The notes: generated by a model from the letters alone, not told the origin. Shown: positions 35,908 through 47,569, numbered from the stretch's first letter. The stretch is DNA of 64,000 bases from Podarcis muralis (GCF_964188315.1 NC_135667.1:26040001-26104000), one strand, 5' to 3'. A program made the numbers and translations.

Positions 35908-37881
35908 TACTGTGTTTTTAACATTTATTGCGAGGCAATTTAAGTAGCTTGTAGTAAAACCAGATGCCAGTTATGCTACTAGCAACTGAGCAAATATTTT
36001 TTGAAAGTAAATAGCTGACATAGTCAACCAATCTTGACTGAGACTCTGACAGAAGTTGTTGAGCATTAACCTTGTGCTCCCTGATCTCAATCCAGTTCAG
36101 ACCAATTACATTGAAAGGAAAGTTCCCGCCAGTGCAAAAAAGGAGGTATGGAGCCCTCATTCCTATTCTACCTCCTTTGTTGCAGAGAGTATGCCTCTGT
36201 ATGCCTGTTGCTGGCAGTCACAAGTAGGGAGGTAGCTATGTACTCAAGTCCTACTCAAGTCCAGGTTCCCCAAAGGCATCTTGTTGGTCATTGTGGACTA
36301 GATTGGCTTTTGGTCTCAGCCAGCAGAGCTTTTCTTACATTCTTATGTACTATAGCATGAGATAAGGCGGCCTTCCACATTCCATCAGCTGTGAACCTGC
36401 TATTTACTTATAAACATCTGAGGTTAGTGTTGCTTCTAGTCTTTGGCACTCATATAAGTTGAAGAAGCTGGGTATAATGGTTTTTGTTTTGATTTGATTT
36501 GATTAAAAAAAAAAAGATCCTGCACTGATCTGAAAAGACTGATCTCTAGAAGCATCTAGGGATATATTCTCCTGTGATTCTGAACTGAAGCAATGGTAAC
36601 CAGGAAAGCTATTCCCTGCAGGACAACTCATGTCATACAACACATATAGAACAGAACATCTCAGATATCTTGTCTTCTAAATTGCAGGCAGGCAGGCAGG
36701 ATAAAGGAAAGAAGGAAGGAAGGAAGGAAGGAAAGAACAAAAGAAAACAGATGTGCCTTAATTCTTAATAAAGTGAAGATGAGAAAGGAGAAAATGTGGT
36801 TTTCATGCCATGGAGGTAAGCAGTTTTCTGTGTCACTTATCCTTCTGCAAATTTTCAATCTGATCAACTTAATAAGAAACAGAATTATATCCATGAACTT
36901 CAACAATCATGCTGTGAAACATACAGAAATTGTAATAATTAGGCAATGCATAACCAGTGTTACAAGTATACCTGAGGCTGCGAAATTGTTGAGATAAATT
37001 GGGTGTGGACCCTATTGGTCTCCTTTTTATGGATGACTACTGGGAGCCCCATGTCATGCTACGAGATGTGCATGATAAATGTTTCTGAAATGCAAACTTA
37101 TAAACATTGGACACATGTGCATCATAACACATATAAGCAGTTTTGTTTTTTGTGGTTTTTTTGTGATGGGACTCAAGAGTACAGAGTACCACCCCCCTCC
37201 CCTGCTGGCATCCATGCCACTTTTAACCATATGTGAGTACCAGCACATATTTCCCCCACCCTGTTCTGCACTTTACATAGGATTTTCATAAGACTTGGGA
37301 GCACTCTCTCCTTGCTACCTTGAAAATGATGGCTTTCTTTGGTTAGGTGGGAAATTGCTGTCTTGGTATGGGGGATGGAAACGACACTGGGATAAATCAG
37401 TATAAAGGAGAGCCCCCTTAAAGGGCCTCAGATAGTGGGGACTGGCCATGGCACCTCAGGTTGGGGTCTCTGCCTGGCTGGAATCCTCATTCTCTTTGCC
37501 CAGTGAGAACTTGCCAACTTTGCTTGCACCATGGCAAGGTTCAGCACTGGCCAACTCCCATGGTGCAGGCTTGGCTTAGTCCAACTGCTGGATTCCATTC
37601 CACTAGCATCAGGTGAGTGGAATGCTGAGCTGATCCTGGCCCTACTGCCATTCCAACCTATACCATGCTTGGTGCCATCAATAAAGATTTGGCCTGATTT
37701 CATCCCAACTCCTGGTGTCCTGTCTGTTCATTTGCTGCTCTTCTGGGTCAAATAATTTGCCTGCCAGGCTAATCTATTAACTTTAATGTTATCTCTTTTT
37801 TCAAAGATAGATTCCAAGATCTCTTTAATCTCTGATGAATGCACTTCATAAACTATGGAACAGACTACATGAGGAAAGCAG

Positions 37882-38826
37882 ATGAATGTTACAGAATATA
37901 TCCTCTTGGGTTTTGGAAAATTCGGTCAATGGCAAAATATCCTATTTTTTGTTTTCCTCTTGATCTATATTGCAGCCATGATTGGGAATGTACTCATTGT
38001 AATGTTAGTGGTAGTTGATCAGCATCTACATACGCCCATGTATTTCTTCCTGGGAAACTTATCGTGCCTAGAGACTTGCTATATATCAAATGTCATGCCC
38101 AAAATGATGGTGGGCTTGTTGACTGAGGAAAATGTGATTTCATTCAGTGGCTGTTTTGTGCAGTTCTTTTTCTTTGGTTACCTAATAGCAACAGAATGCT
38201 ATCTTCTCTCAGTAATGTCATATGATAGATATTTAGCAATATGCAAACCACTGCATTACACAACAACTATGAATGCACAAATGTGCATCCAACTAGCAGT
38301 TTTTTCGTGGATAAATGGACTTATAGCTGCTTTAATACTTTTGAGTTTTATGCTAGAGTTAACATACTGTGGCCCCAATGAAATCGATCATTATTTCTGT
38401 GATACTGTCCCACTTATAAAACTTTCCTGTAGTGACACCAACCTGGTGGAAGTTATGAGTTTTGTCCTGGCATTCATATTTACCCTTCCACCTTTTCTCC
38501 TCACCTTGACATCCTACATAGCCATCATAACTACCATCTTGAAAATTCCTTCTACAACTGGGAGGAAAAAAGCATTTTCCACTTGTTCTTCTCATCTTAT
38601 TGTAGTTTCTACCTTCTACGGAGCCATTATGATAGTGTATATGTTACCGAAGAGAGAAGCACTCCGTGATCTCAACAAAGCTTTCTCTCTCTTGTATACA
38701 GTCCTACCCCCTGTCGCAAATCCTCTTATATATAGCTTGAGAAATAAGGAGGTAAAGCATGCCATAGGGAAATTATTTGGAAAGTATTGCATTCCTCCAA
38801 GAAGCTGGAGAGAATTGTTACAATGA
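37882..38826 (+). CDS. Olfactory receptor B3, 314 aa, intact
   Basis: Near-identical paralog of B1/B2 with all OR motifs. Confidence 0.95.
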   Translation: MNVTEYILLGFGKFGQWQNILFFVFLLIYIAAMIGNVLIVMLVVVDQHLHTPMYFFLGNLSCLETCYISNVMPKMMVGLLTEENVISFSGCFVQFFFFGYLIATECYLLSVMSYDRYLAICKPLHYTTTMNAQMCIQLAVFSWINGLIAALILLSFMLELTYCGPNEIDHYFCDTVPLIKLSCSDTNLVEVMSFVLAFIFTLPPFLLTLTSYIAIITTILKIPSTTGRKKAFSTCSSHLIVVSTFYGAIMIVYMLPKREALRDLNKAFSLLYTVLPPVANPLIYSLRNKEVKHAIGKLFGKYCIPPRSWRELLQ

Positions 38827-39399
38827 TTAAGAAAAAGCAGTGGTGAAGCAACTTCATAATCAGAATTTCAGGTGTGTTTTCCTTGAACTGTTTTACCTCT
38901 TTTAGCCCCCATCCTAAGCAAACGCCGAAATAGTGTGCAGGTTGACCTAGTTCTCTTAGTAATATTGTAATGAAATATTACAGTAAATTGTCTCTAAAAT
39001 GTGTTTTTGTTCATACTGCTTTACCATGTGTACTTAGTATTCTGCTTAATAAAAATAATGTATTCCTACTTTGTCATTCCTTTGAATTATTCCTTTCTCC
39101 ACATTAACAGCAACACCTGGAGCTGCAACCCACTTTCATCCTCCTTGCCCTGCTTATGTGTGCCTGTGAGTTTCATAGAATCAGAATTCTGGAGTTGGAA
39201 GGCACTAGCTAGTCCACTCCCAGCAATGCATGAATCACAGTTAGAGAGTCCTGGACCATCCAACATCTGTTTGGAAACTTCCAATGAAGGAGAGTTTCTA
39301 TAAACATTTTCCTACCTTCTCTGCTAGGAAGGGGTGATACTTTTCTTTTCTTTTGTTCTGTTCTTCATATCCTTCATATTATTAATTTGATCATTATTA

Positions 39400-39758
39400 A
39401 AGGTAAAGGTACCCCTGCCCGTACAGGCCAGTCGTGTCCGACTCTAGGGTTGTGCACCCATCTCACTTAAGAGGCCGGGGGCCAGCGCTGTCCAGAGACA
39501 CTTCCGGGTCACGTGGCCAGCGTGACGAAGCTGCTCTGGCGAGCCAGCAGCAGCACAGCACACGGAAACGCCGTTTACCTTCCCGCTATAAAGCGGTACC
39601 TATTTATCTACTTGCACTTAAGGGTGCTTTCGAAATGCTAGGTGGGCAGGAGCTGGGACCGAAGGACAGGAGCTCACCCCGCCGTGGGGATTTGAACAGC
39701 CGACCATGCGATCAGCAAGCCCTAGGCACTGAGGTTTTACCCACAGCGCCACCCGCTG
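39400..39758 (-). mobile_element. Sauria-type SINE, intact
   Basis: 12-bp TSD TGATCATTATTA at 39388-39399 and 39759-39770. Confidence 0.92.
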
Positions 39759-39927
39759 TGATCATTATTATTACACACTTATACACAATTATGTGTGTAA
39801 TTCCATTCCAAGCCCAATCTACACAGTGTGGTTTTGCCTGGCAGTGCGAGCCCCAATGAAGCAGAAAATGAGGTGAGTTCCATCAATGGCTTGCTTCCAC
39901 AGATGTCCACAGGACAGATTCCCCAAT

Positions 39928-40297
39928 AAGGTAAAAAGGTAAAGGACCCCTGGACAGTTAAGTCCAGTCAAAGGTGACCATTGGGTTGTGGTGCTCATCT
40001 CACTTTCAGGCCGAGGGAGCCAGTGTTTGTCCACAGACAGCTTTCCGAGTCATGTGGCCAGCCTGACTAAACCACTTCTGGTGCAACGGAACACCATGAC
40101 AGAGTGCATGGAAATGCTATTTACCTTCCTGCCACAGCGGTGTCTATTTATCTACTTGAACTATCCTGCTTTTGAACTGCTAGGTAGGCAGGAGCTGGGA
40201 CAGAGCAACAAAAGCTCATCCTGTTGTGCGGATTCGAACCACAACCTTCTGATCGGCAAGCCCAAGGGGCTCAGTGGTTCAGACCACAGCACCACCC
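39928..40297 (-). mobile_element. Sauria-type SINE (duplicate of 27823-28199)
   Basis: Colinear with the block 1 copy. Confidence 0.85.
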
Positions 40298-40705
40298 ATA
40301 GGCAGGGCTGGATTTAGATGAAGAGAGGCCCTAGGCTATTCCACTTGTGAGCAGGGCCTTTTCACTGGTGGTGCCCATTGTATGCCTTGCTATTCCCAGA
40401 CCTGCTCTCTTTTGGCCTGTATTTTGGAGCTTTATAATTTAGGAAGACTTTGGAAGAACTGGATGACAAGTCTTATCAGTTGCTGACGTATGAGTGGATT
40501 TTATTTGCTGCTATTCTGGGCTCCTGGTGAACCAGGATTTACACCAGTGTAATAGAGTTGGCCAGGACACCAGAATGGATACAATTTATGAGCTTTCTCC
40601 ATCATCTGCACAGCAGGTGGTGTTCAGTCAACAGTGCAAAGGCTAAGCTGAACCGTTCCCTGCTGGTTCCCTGCTTTCAGCAATAGGGGTCGCTGTTTTG
40701 TAGTA

Positions 40706-40947
40706 CAGTGGAACATCGGGTTAAGAATTTAATTCGTTCTGGAGGTCGATTCTTAACCTGAAACTGTTCTTAACCTGAGGTACCACTTTAGCTAATGGGG
40801 GCTCCCGCTGCCGCCACGCCACCGCCACCCAATTTCTGTTCTCATCCTTAAGCAAAGTTCTTAACCCGAGGTACTATTTCTGGGTTAGTGGAGTCTGTAA
40901 CCTGAAGCATCTGTAACCCGAAGTGTCTGTAACCTGAGGTACCACTG
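40706..40947. mobile_element. Tc1/mariner MITE, same family as 8306-8531, opposite orientation
   Basis: Body is the reverse complement of the 8306 and 19369 copies. TA flanks. Confidence 0.85.
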
Positions 40948-42515
40948 TACCCAATTGGTTAGCTGTCAGATTCTAGAGCTCCCTATAGGTGACTCTTAGG
41001 TAATTCACAAAATACAGAGTCCATTCATAAAACACAGTGTTCATTCATAAAGTAGTAACATAAATCTCCATTGCTACATATTGGGTGTATATTTCAGCTG
41101 CTGAAGTATGGGTTTATGGCCATGCTGTAGTGTAGTGCTTATGTGAATGTGAATAAAAGGTGGCTGGGCTCATTGTCTCAGGGTTTGGGGTGGGGAGAGA
41201 GGTGACAAAACTGATTTCCAATAACTGCCCCCCCCCATTTCTTAACAAGTCCTTGAGTCTGTACTCTGAATAGTGACACCAGGGACCTAGAAGGTGCAGG
41301 GCTTGTCAGTCCAACCCCTGCACAGCCTCATCGGGGCTGACCTTAAGGCAATTGAAGCAATTTGGCCAAATTGGGCCCCGCGTGCCGCTCTTAAGGGCCC
41401 CCACACACACCAGGGCAATCTAGATGGATTTTCTTTGTATCTATATGTTTTTTGCAAACTTTGGCTGTGACCTGGGGCCCTACAAAAAAAATAAAAATCA
41501 AGTTGTGCCCTACTGCTTCAAATTGGGCCTCACTGGCTAGCCCCGATTCTCACAGTTTCTGGGCCTGAGTTGCCCTGCCTTTGCATGACGTCTTGGGTTT
41601 ACGATTTGGGGAGAGGGGAGACTGCAGTACTGGGGAGTGGGCAGGCTGGTAAGGCCCCCTAGATTTAGAGGCCCAAGTTGCCCTCACATGAAGTCTTGGG
41701 TTTGCAATTTTGGATGAGGAGATTGCCTGCTTGGGAACTGGCAGGCTGATGAGGCCCCCTAGGTTTTGAGGCCCTAGGCTTCAGCCTACTTAGCCTATAC
41801 ATAAATCCAGCACTGCCCGAGAGAGAATCCTAGCAGATTGTGGGAGCCTAAAGCTTGACCCTAAATATATATCAGAGTCTAGGTAGTGGACCAATGGAAT
41901 TTGGAGTATGGAGCTAGATCTAGAGAAGGGCTCAAGCAGGTTGACAGAAAAGTGTTCTGCTCCTGTGGTGTCAGATGCCTCTAGCTAGGCACCTCTGATA
42001 GTAAAGTCACAGCTTACAGCCCCTCAGTTAGTGAAGCCCCCTCCAGCATGTTGGAGAGCTGAATAGGAGTAATTTGAGAGCCGGTGGTTGTATAGCGGTT
42101 AGAGTAGGAGAGCTGGACCTGGGAGACTGGGTTTCAAATAATATGTCATATACTGAGTCAGACCTGTCTTTACCTCTGTCACTCTGGACATGGAGACATC
42201 AGTAATGGAATGCCTGTTTGCTTCTTTATTCCTTAGACCCAAGCTGTTTGCCATTTTAAGAGGTGTTTTCCTGTCCCACTTTTCAAGAGGAAGAAGAAGG
42301 GGCGCACAATTTATTAAATAGATTATTTCATTCTTCTTATTTAAAATGTTTATTTATTTAATTAATTTTATACCATGGACTCACAGAAAAATATGAAAAA
42401 TGTATGTAAATACAAGAAAACATAAAATCCTTTAAAAATAGAACACAAAGGTAAGGCTGACTGAGACATTAAACAAGGAGATTAAACAATTTTGAGTAGT
42501 TTTCAATTAAAAAAA

Positions 42516-42651
42516 TGTGGGTTATCTGTGAGAGGTCTAGTACTGTGGCCCTACCTTATTTATGTACCCCTATGATGTTATAGTTTATAATTATTGTGTA
42601 ATGTTTTATTTCTGACTATCGGTCGAATAAAGGAAATTGATTGATTGATTG
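42516..42651 (+). mobile_element. Short 5'-truncated retroposon end with AATAAA and (ATTG)4 tail
   Basis: Absent at the paralogous site 48771-48790. Flanked by A-rich direct repeats (AATTAAAAAAA / AATAAAAAAAA). Confidence 0.6.
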
Positions 42652-43041
42652 AATAAAAAAAAATCATTGACCAATTTCTTTTGAGGGGATGATTGAAAAC
42701 ACTTTGAAACATTTATTTAAAGGTTAGTTTTTTTAAAAAAAATAGTGACTAACAAATGAAGAAAACAACAGCCCTAGAAATGCCATGATAACTTCAAATT
42801 GAGGATGAAACACCATTTAAGGATGTGTGTTATAATAAAATATGCATTTAAATGTGTTTTTTATTGTCATTTATATTTTTAATACCAATTTCTTTTTCTT
42901 CAGGGAAACAAAAACAACCCTAAAACTGTCATGCACTGGAAATGGACAGATCAACACATCCAAACCAGCGACTGCACTTTATATCACCTACCAAAAGAGA
43001 TGCTAGAGAAAATCACATTGTTGCTTCTTCTTCACATTAAT

Positions 43042-43992
43042 TCACTTCATGCGATTTGCTTTGCATGACACAAGTTTATCAATTTTATTTCTCAGGGCAT
43101 CTTTGACCTCCTTATTTCTCAGGCTGTATATGAATGGGTTGGCAAGAGGTGGCAAAACTGTGTACAAGAGAGAGGAAAATTTTTGCATCTCTTTGTTGAC
43201 TTCACCCTTTGGTAACATGTACACAATCATTAGTGAACTATAAAAAATTGAAACTACAATCAAGTGAGAGGAACAGGTGGAAAAGGCCTTTTGTCTCCCA
43301 GTGGCGGAGGGTATTCTTAAGATGGCGGCAATAATATATGAATAGGATGTTATAGTTAGAACAAAAGGAGGAAATGTGAATATGACAGCTACTATGAAAC
43401 CTATATTTTCCACGAGGCTGGTGTTGCTGCAAGAGAGTTTAAGAAGAGGGAAGTAGTCACAAAAGTAATGATCCATTTCCCTGGAGCCTGAAAATGATAA
43501 TTGTAGCAAAAGAATGAGTAATATAGAACACCCTATAAAGTCATTGAGCCAAGATGCAGCGACTAAATTGATACAAGTATTGGTTTTCATAGTAGTTGCA
43601 TAATGCAAAGGTTTGCAGATTGCTAGATACCTGTCATAAGACATCACACAGAGTAAACAGCATTCTGTAGCTTCCAAAGAACCAAAGACATACCACTGTG
43701 TGAAGCAGCCGTTGAAGGAAATTGTTCTGTCTCTGGTCAGGAGAGCTGAAAGCATTCTTGGAAATATATTGGAGCTGTAGCAAGCCTCCAAGAAGGAAAG
43801 ATTCCCAAGAAAGAAGTACATGGGAGTATGTAGATGGTGATCAATGACAACAAGGACAACAATCAAAGTATTTCCAGTTACGGTCACCATGTATATGATG
43901 AGAAATGTCAGGAAAAGAAGTGTCTGCAATTCATAGAATTCCCCAAATCCGAGGAGGATAAATTCTGTAATTGTTGTCTGGTTTCTCAACAT
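43042..43992 (-). CDS. Olfactory receptor C, class II (OR6/OR11-like), 316 aa, intact
   Basis: NQT, LHTPMYFFLGNLSFLE, MSYDRYLAICKPLHY, KAFSTCSSHL, PFIYSLRNKEV. Confidence 0.95.
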   Translation of the reverse strand: MLRNQTTITEFILLGFGEFYELQTLLFLTFLIIYMVTVTGNTLIVVLVVIDHHLHTPMYFFLGNLSFLEACYSSNIFPRMLSALLTRDRTISFNGCFTQWYVFGSLEATECCLLCVMSYDRYLAICKPLHYATTMKTNTCINLVAASWLNDFIGCSILLILLLQLSFSGSREMDHYFCDYFPLLKLSCSNTSLVENIGFIVAVIFTFPPFVLTITSYSYIIAAILRIPSATGRQKAFSTCSSHLIVVSIFYSSLMIVYMLPKGEVNKEMQKFSSLLYTVLPPLANPFIYSLRNKEVKDALRNKIDKLVSCKANRMK

Positions 43993-44030
43993 TGAGCAGA
44001 ATGAAATCCTGTTGAAAAGAGAAATGGATA
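43993..44030 (-). other. Probable 3' splice acceptor just upstream of the OR-C start codon
   Basis: Minus strand TTCTCTTTTCAACAG|GATTTC, 16 nt before the ATG. Similar pyrimidine tract + AG|GAT precedes D, E and F. Confidence 0.6.
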
Positions 44031-44267
44031 AGTATCTATACAGAGACAGGGAGGTAATTTATATTCTGCTTCATGTTTCTCCAGAAATCTCCAAGTCGTT
44101 TACAAATCTCAACAGAAATGAATCAATTTTAGAAATAAAATGGCAAATGCGCATGGAAAATCAAAGTCTACTTCTCACTTTAAAGCACAAAAAATTTATT
44201 TCTAAATGTAAGTAAAACACATAAAAATCAGGGGGGGGGGAACCAATCTTTTGCAAAGTATCAAAAA

Positions 44268-44413
44268 GCTGATAGCTCAGTTGGTCAGAGTGTGGTGCTG
44301 ACAAGGCCAAGGTTTCAGGTTTGATCCCCATATGGGAGAGCTGCATATTCCTGCATTGCAGGAGGTTGGATTAATTGATCCTCAGGGTCCTTTCCAACTC
44401 TACAGTTCTATGA
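44268..44413 (+). mobile_element. tRNA-derived SINE with CR1-type tail (Squam3-like)
   Basis: A-box TAGCTCAGTTGG, degenerate B-box GGTTTGATCCC, TTCCTGCATTGCAGG core, tail TTTCCAACTCTACAGTTCTATGAT. Confidence 0.75.
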
Positions 44414-44605
44414 TATTAAGAGACGTTAAAATGTGACATAATCACAGTAACGGCTAAAACATTAATAAATATTGCAAGAAGAACACCACACATTATGCAA
44501 TCATCAAAGTCATTCACTTCCACATTCAAGCTCCACAGAACTACATATCTGCAATAGGCAGATAGCTAATAGTAAGAATCAATTATTTCCCTTATTCTGT
44601 AATTT

Positions 44606-45099
44606 TTATATGCCTGTTGTCTTTGTCCATGGAGTTTTCTTGGCAGGGATACTGGAGTGGCCTGCCAGTTCCTGCTCCAGGTAGATCACATTTGGTCCAA
44701 ACTCTCCACTATGACCTCTCCATCTTGGGTTGCCCTGCCCCTTTGCCACAACAAGGCAGTGATCCATGAAGCAGAGTCCCATGGACTGCAAGAATATCAA
44801 ACCTATCCATTCTGAAGGAAATCAGCCCTGAGTGCTGACTGTAAGGACAGATCCTGAAGCTGAGGCTCCAATACTTTGGCCACCTCATGAGAAGAGAAGA
44901 CTCCCTGGAAAAGACCTTGATGTTGGGAAAGATTGAGGAAACAAGGAGAAGGGAACGACAGAGGACGAGATGGTTGGACAGCATTCTCGAAGCTACGAAC
45001 ATGAGTTTGACCAAGCTGAGGGCGGCAGTGGAAGACAGGAGTGCCTGGCATGCTCTGGTCCATGGGGTCACGAAGAATCGGACACAACTAAACAACAAC
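44606..45099 (+). mobile_element. BovB insertion: inverted 5' end fused to sense 3' end
   Basis: 44606-44772 resembles 5788-5993 (antisense 5' end). 44775-45099 is the sense 3' end with CAA tail. Flanking repeat ATTCTGTAATTT 44594-44605 / ATTCAGTAATTT 45100-45111. Confidence 0.85.
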
Positions 45100-45184
45100 A
45101 TTCAGTAATTTGAATCAAGACCCAATTTTGTATAAATAAATCCAGACCTGACCTGGATCCAGATCATTATTTCAAAGAAGTCTG

Positions 45185-45270
45185 GGATAGATCAGTGGGT
45201 AGAGCTTAAGACCCCTAATCTCACAGTCGTGGGTTTGAGCCCCACATTGGGCAAAATATTACTGCCTTGT
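45185..45270 (+). mobile_element. Squam3-like SINE head fragment
   Basis: GGATAGATCAGTGGGTAGAGC...GTGGGTTTGAGCCCCACATTGGGCAAAA. Confidence 0.6.
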
Positions 45271-47569
45271 ATATGACTGTCCTATAACATACATTCTTTG
45301 GGAAATTGCACACAAGCACACAAAGAAACATATTAAAATATGATATTAAGCAATATGAACTTTTTTAAAAAACACACACAAACAAACCACAATGAAAGTA
45401 AGGGACAGACCATAAGACATGGGACATAAGTTAAAGATCTAGCTGAGAAGAAAGTAATTTGCCAAGCGTTGAAAAGATCACAAAGATGTAACAGAAGCAC
45501 AGCATTTAAAAGTCCCCACTCCCTCTTCATTTACCCATCTTTCTTCATTTTTTCTCATCAACTGCTGTCATTCTCTGGTTGCTATTCGGGGCTGAGATAT
45601 TTCATGAAGCAAAAAGAACTGATGGTAGATCACGCATTTCCTAGATCTTTTCCTTCACTTTGCCTTATTCATTGTTAATGTATCTCTCAATACTGTGACA
45701 TGAATGTCATACCCCTTATCAGAACAACAAAATCAGATCTATTTTAAAATCATAAACTGTTTGCCAATAAAACTATTGTCCTATGAATAATTATAGGCTG
45801 AAAGTGAAAATGTGAGTTTTCCAGTTTGTGGCTTGTAATGGAAGGTGCATAGCAGTGACTGCTCAAGCCTTATTATGAAAATAATCTTTTGCAAACACAA
45901 GCTACTGTACACAGAGAATGTATGGAGAATGAGATGAGTTCTGTACAGCAATAAAATGTCACAACACTGTGAATCTCCCTGAGCTCAAAGAGCATATGAC
46001 ATTCATCTGGTCCTTTGAGAGTCCTGGCCAGTCCCCATACCTTGGTATCCCAGTGCATCCTTTGATATATCAACCTTCTTTATTGCTTTATTTCTGGGAC
46101 TAACAGCACAATTCTCTGTGTGTGACAAATAATAAAAATAAAAAAGCTCTGTGGGTTTCAGTAGGATGTACTCTCAGGGACGGAGATGGTCTTAACCCAT
46201 TGGGAATAGAAACATTGCACATTATGATCATTTGTTGCAATTTTGCAGGAGGAAATATTTCGTGAATGCGGTTTTGACATTAGTTTTGGGCACATCAGAT
46301 GCTGCTTTCCCCATCAAACTGTGCACCACTCTGTGAGGTCTTGCCTGCAAAAAAAATATTATGAAGTAAGATAAAGTGTCCACATATCAAAATAATATAT
46401 ATACCTGTTAAAGACAGTAAATATTCAAGTGGTATTTTTATTATTATTTTATATTAAAATCCAGATTAGAATGATATTCTCTGTGTGTGCCCCTCAATTA
46501 TGCAATGAATTTAAGGCTTGATGCTAAATGGTATAAAAGTATATTGGGGGGGAAATACTCCCACGTTGTCAAACTTTCTGTAGTTATAAGAGGCAGCCTA
46601 GATTTCTTCCCATTCCATAAAATAGAAGTTACCAACTTCTGCCATCCCCCCCAACTTCCACAATTTATTGATTGCAACTTCAAATGCACACAAACATACA
46701 AAACTTTTGCGATTATGTTTAGTCTTAGAATTTAGAATTAGCCATTCTGCCTCTCCAATGGTTTTCTAATTCATCCCCTTGTAAGGTCTTTATTTATTGT
46801 TTTTTATAAGAAATATGGATAGCTTGAAAATGTTATTCATCGGGGCTGTTAAATAAATCCCAAGGGTTATAATTATATGTGCAACTGTTCTTGTGCAAGA
46901 AACGTTGGATGGTGCTGCAGAACTTTTCCTGCTTCTCCTTCCTCCCAGCAGCTCCCTGTAAACACTCAAAATCTGCTGAAAACCTGAAGAACATATTTTG
47001 GTAGTATGAAGTGTGGGGAGAGGTAGGAGAACTCCAGGTGCATGAGTAGAGCTCCATTCATATACCTCAATATATTTAAGACTTAAATATGACCACCAAA
47101 CCCCAGTTGTTTTGTTATGCCATTTTTCATATTTTCTTTGACAGATTTATGCACATCATTTCTGATTGAACCCAGAAACATTTCTATATAAGCAAATTTA
47201 TTTGGTAAGGGGGCAAAGCTGTGTAGAAGCGGAGACTTTCAATATGTGACTCTCTCCAGTCTTTGATAAGATAAATTGCAAGTAAAAAAATTGTGGTCTT
47301 CCAACTGCTGTTGGACTGCAACTCCCATTAGCCCCAGAAAACATGGCCAGTAACAGATATTGTATACACAATATGGTTAGCATGGGTGTTTGGTATCACA
47401 CAAAGTGGATGTCGTAAGTGGAGCAGATGCCTTCAGGTGAAAAAAAAACCAAAAACAAAACAATACAATACACAATACACAACAAACAAAAACCAGCAAC
47501 CAAGGTATCATGTGTCTGAGTCAGAGGGAAAAGATGTGGGGAGGTTTAATGAGTCTCTAATTCTATGAC

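Larger units (their letters stand above)
34712..40680 (+). repeat. Tandem segmental duplication block 3
   Basis: Starts at sequence homologous to about 20577 and ends at ...CTGCTTTCAG (=28582). Carries an extra 1-kb segment at 35137-36179. Confidence 0.88.
42318..44413 (-). repeat. Duplicated OR cassette (paralog 48586-50510)
   Basis: 3' flank, CDS, splice-acceptor region and upstream tRNA-derived SINE are all colinear. Confidence 0.88.

Noticed and set aside
41330-41820. GC-rich hAT-like MITE remnants (also 264-503, 13092-13240, 28203-28280)
   Set aside because: TIRs are short or degenerate and no TSD was found, so family and boundaries cannot be supported.
44268-44345. tRNA-like sequences (also 42079-42140, 45185-45255, 50389-50440)
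   Set aside because: A/B boxes are degenerate and run into SINE bodies and CR1-type tails. These are SINE heads, not tRNA genes.
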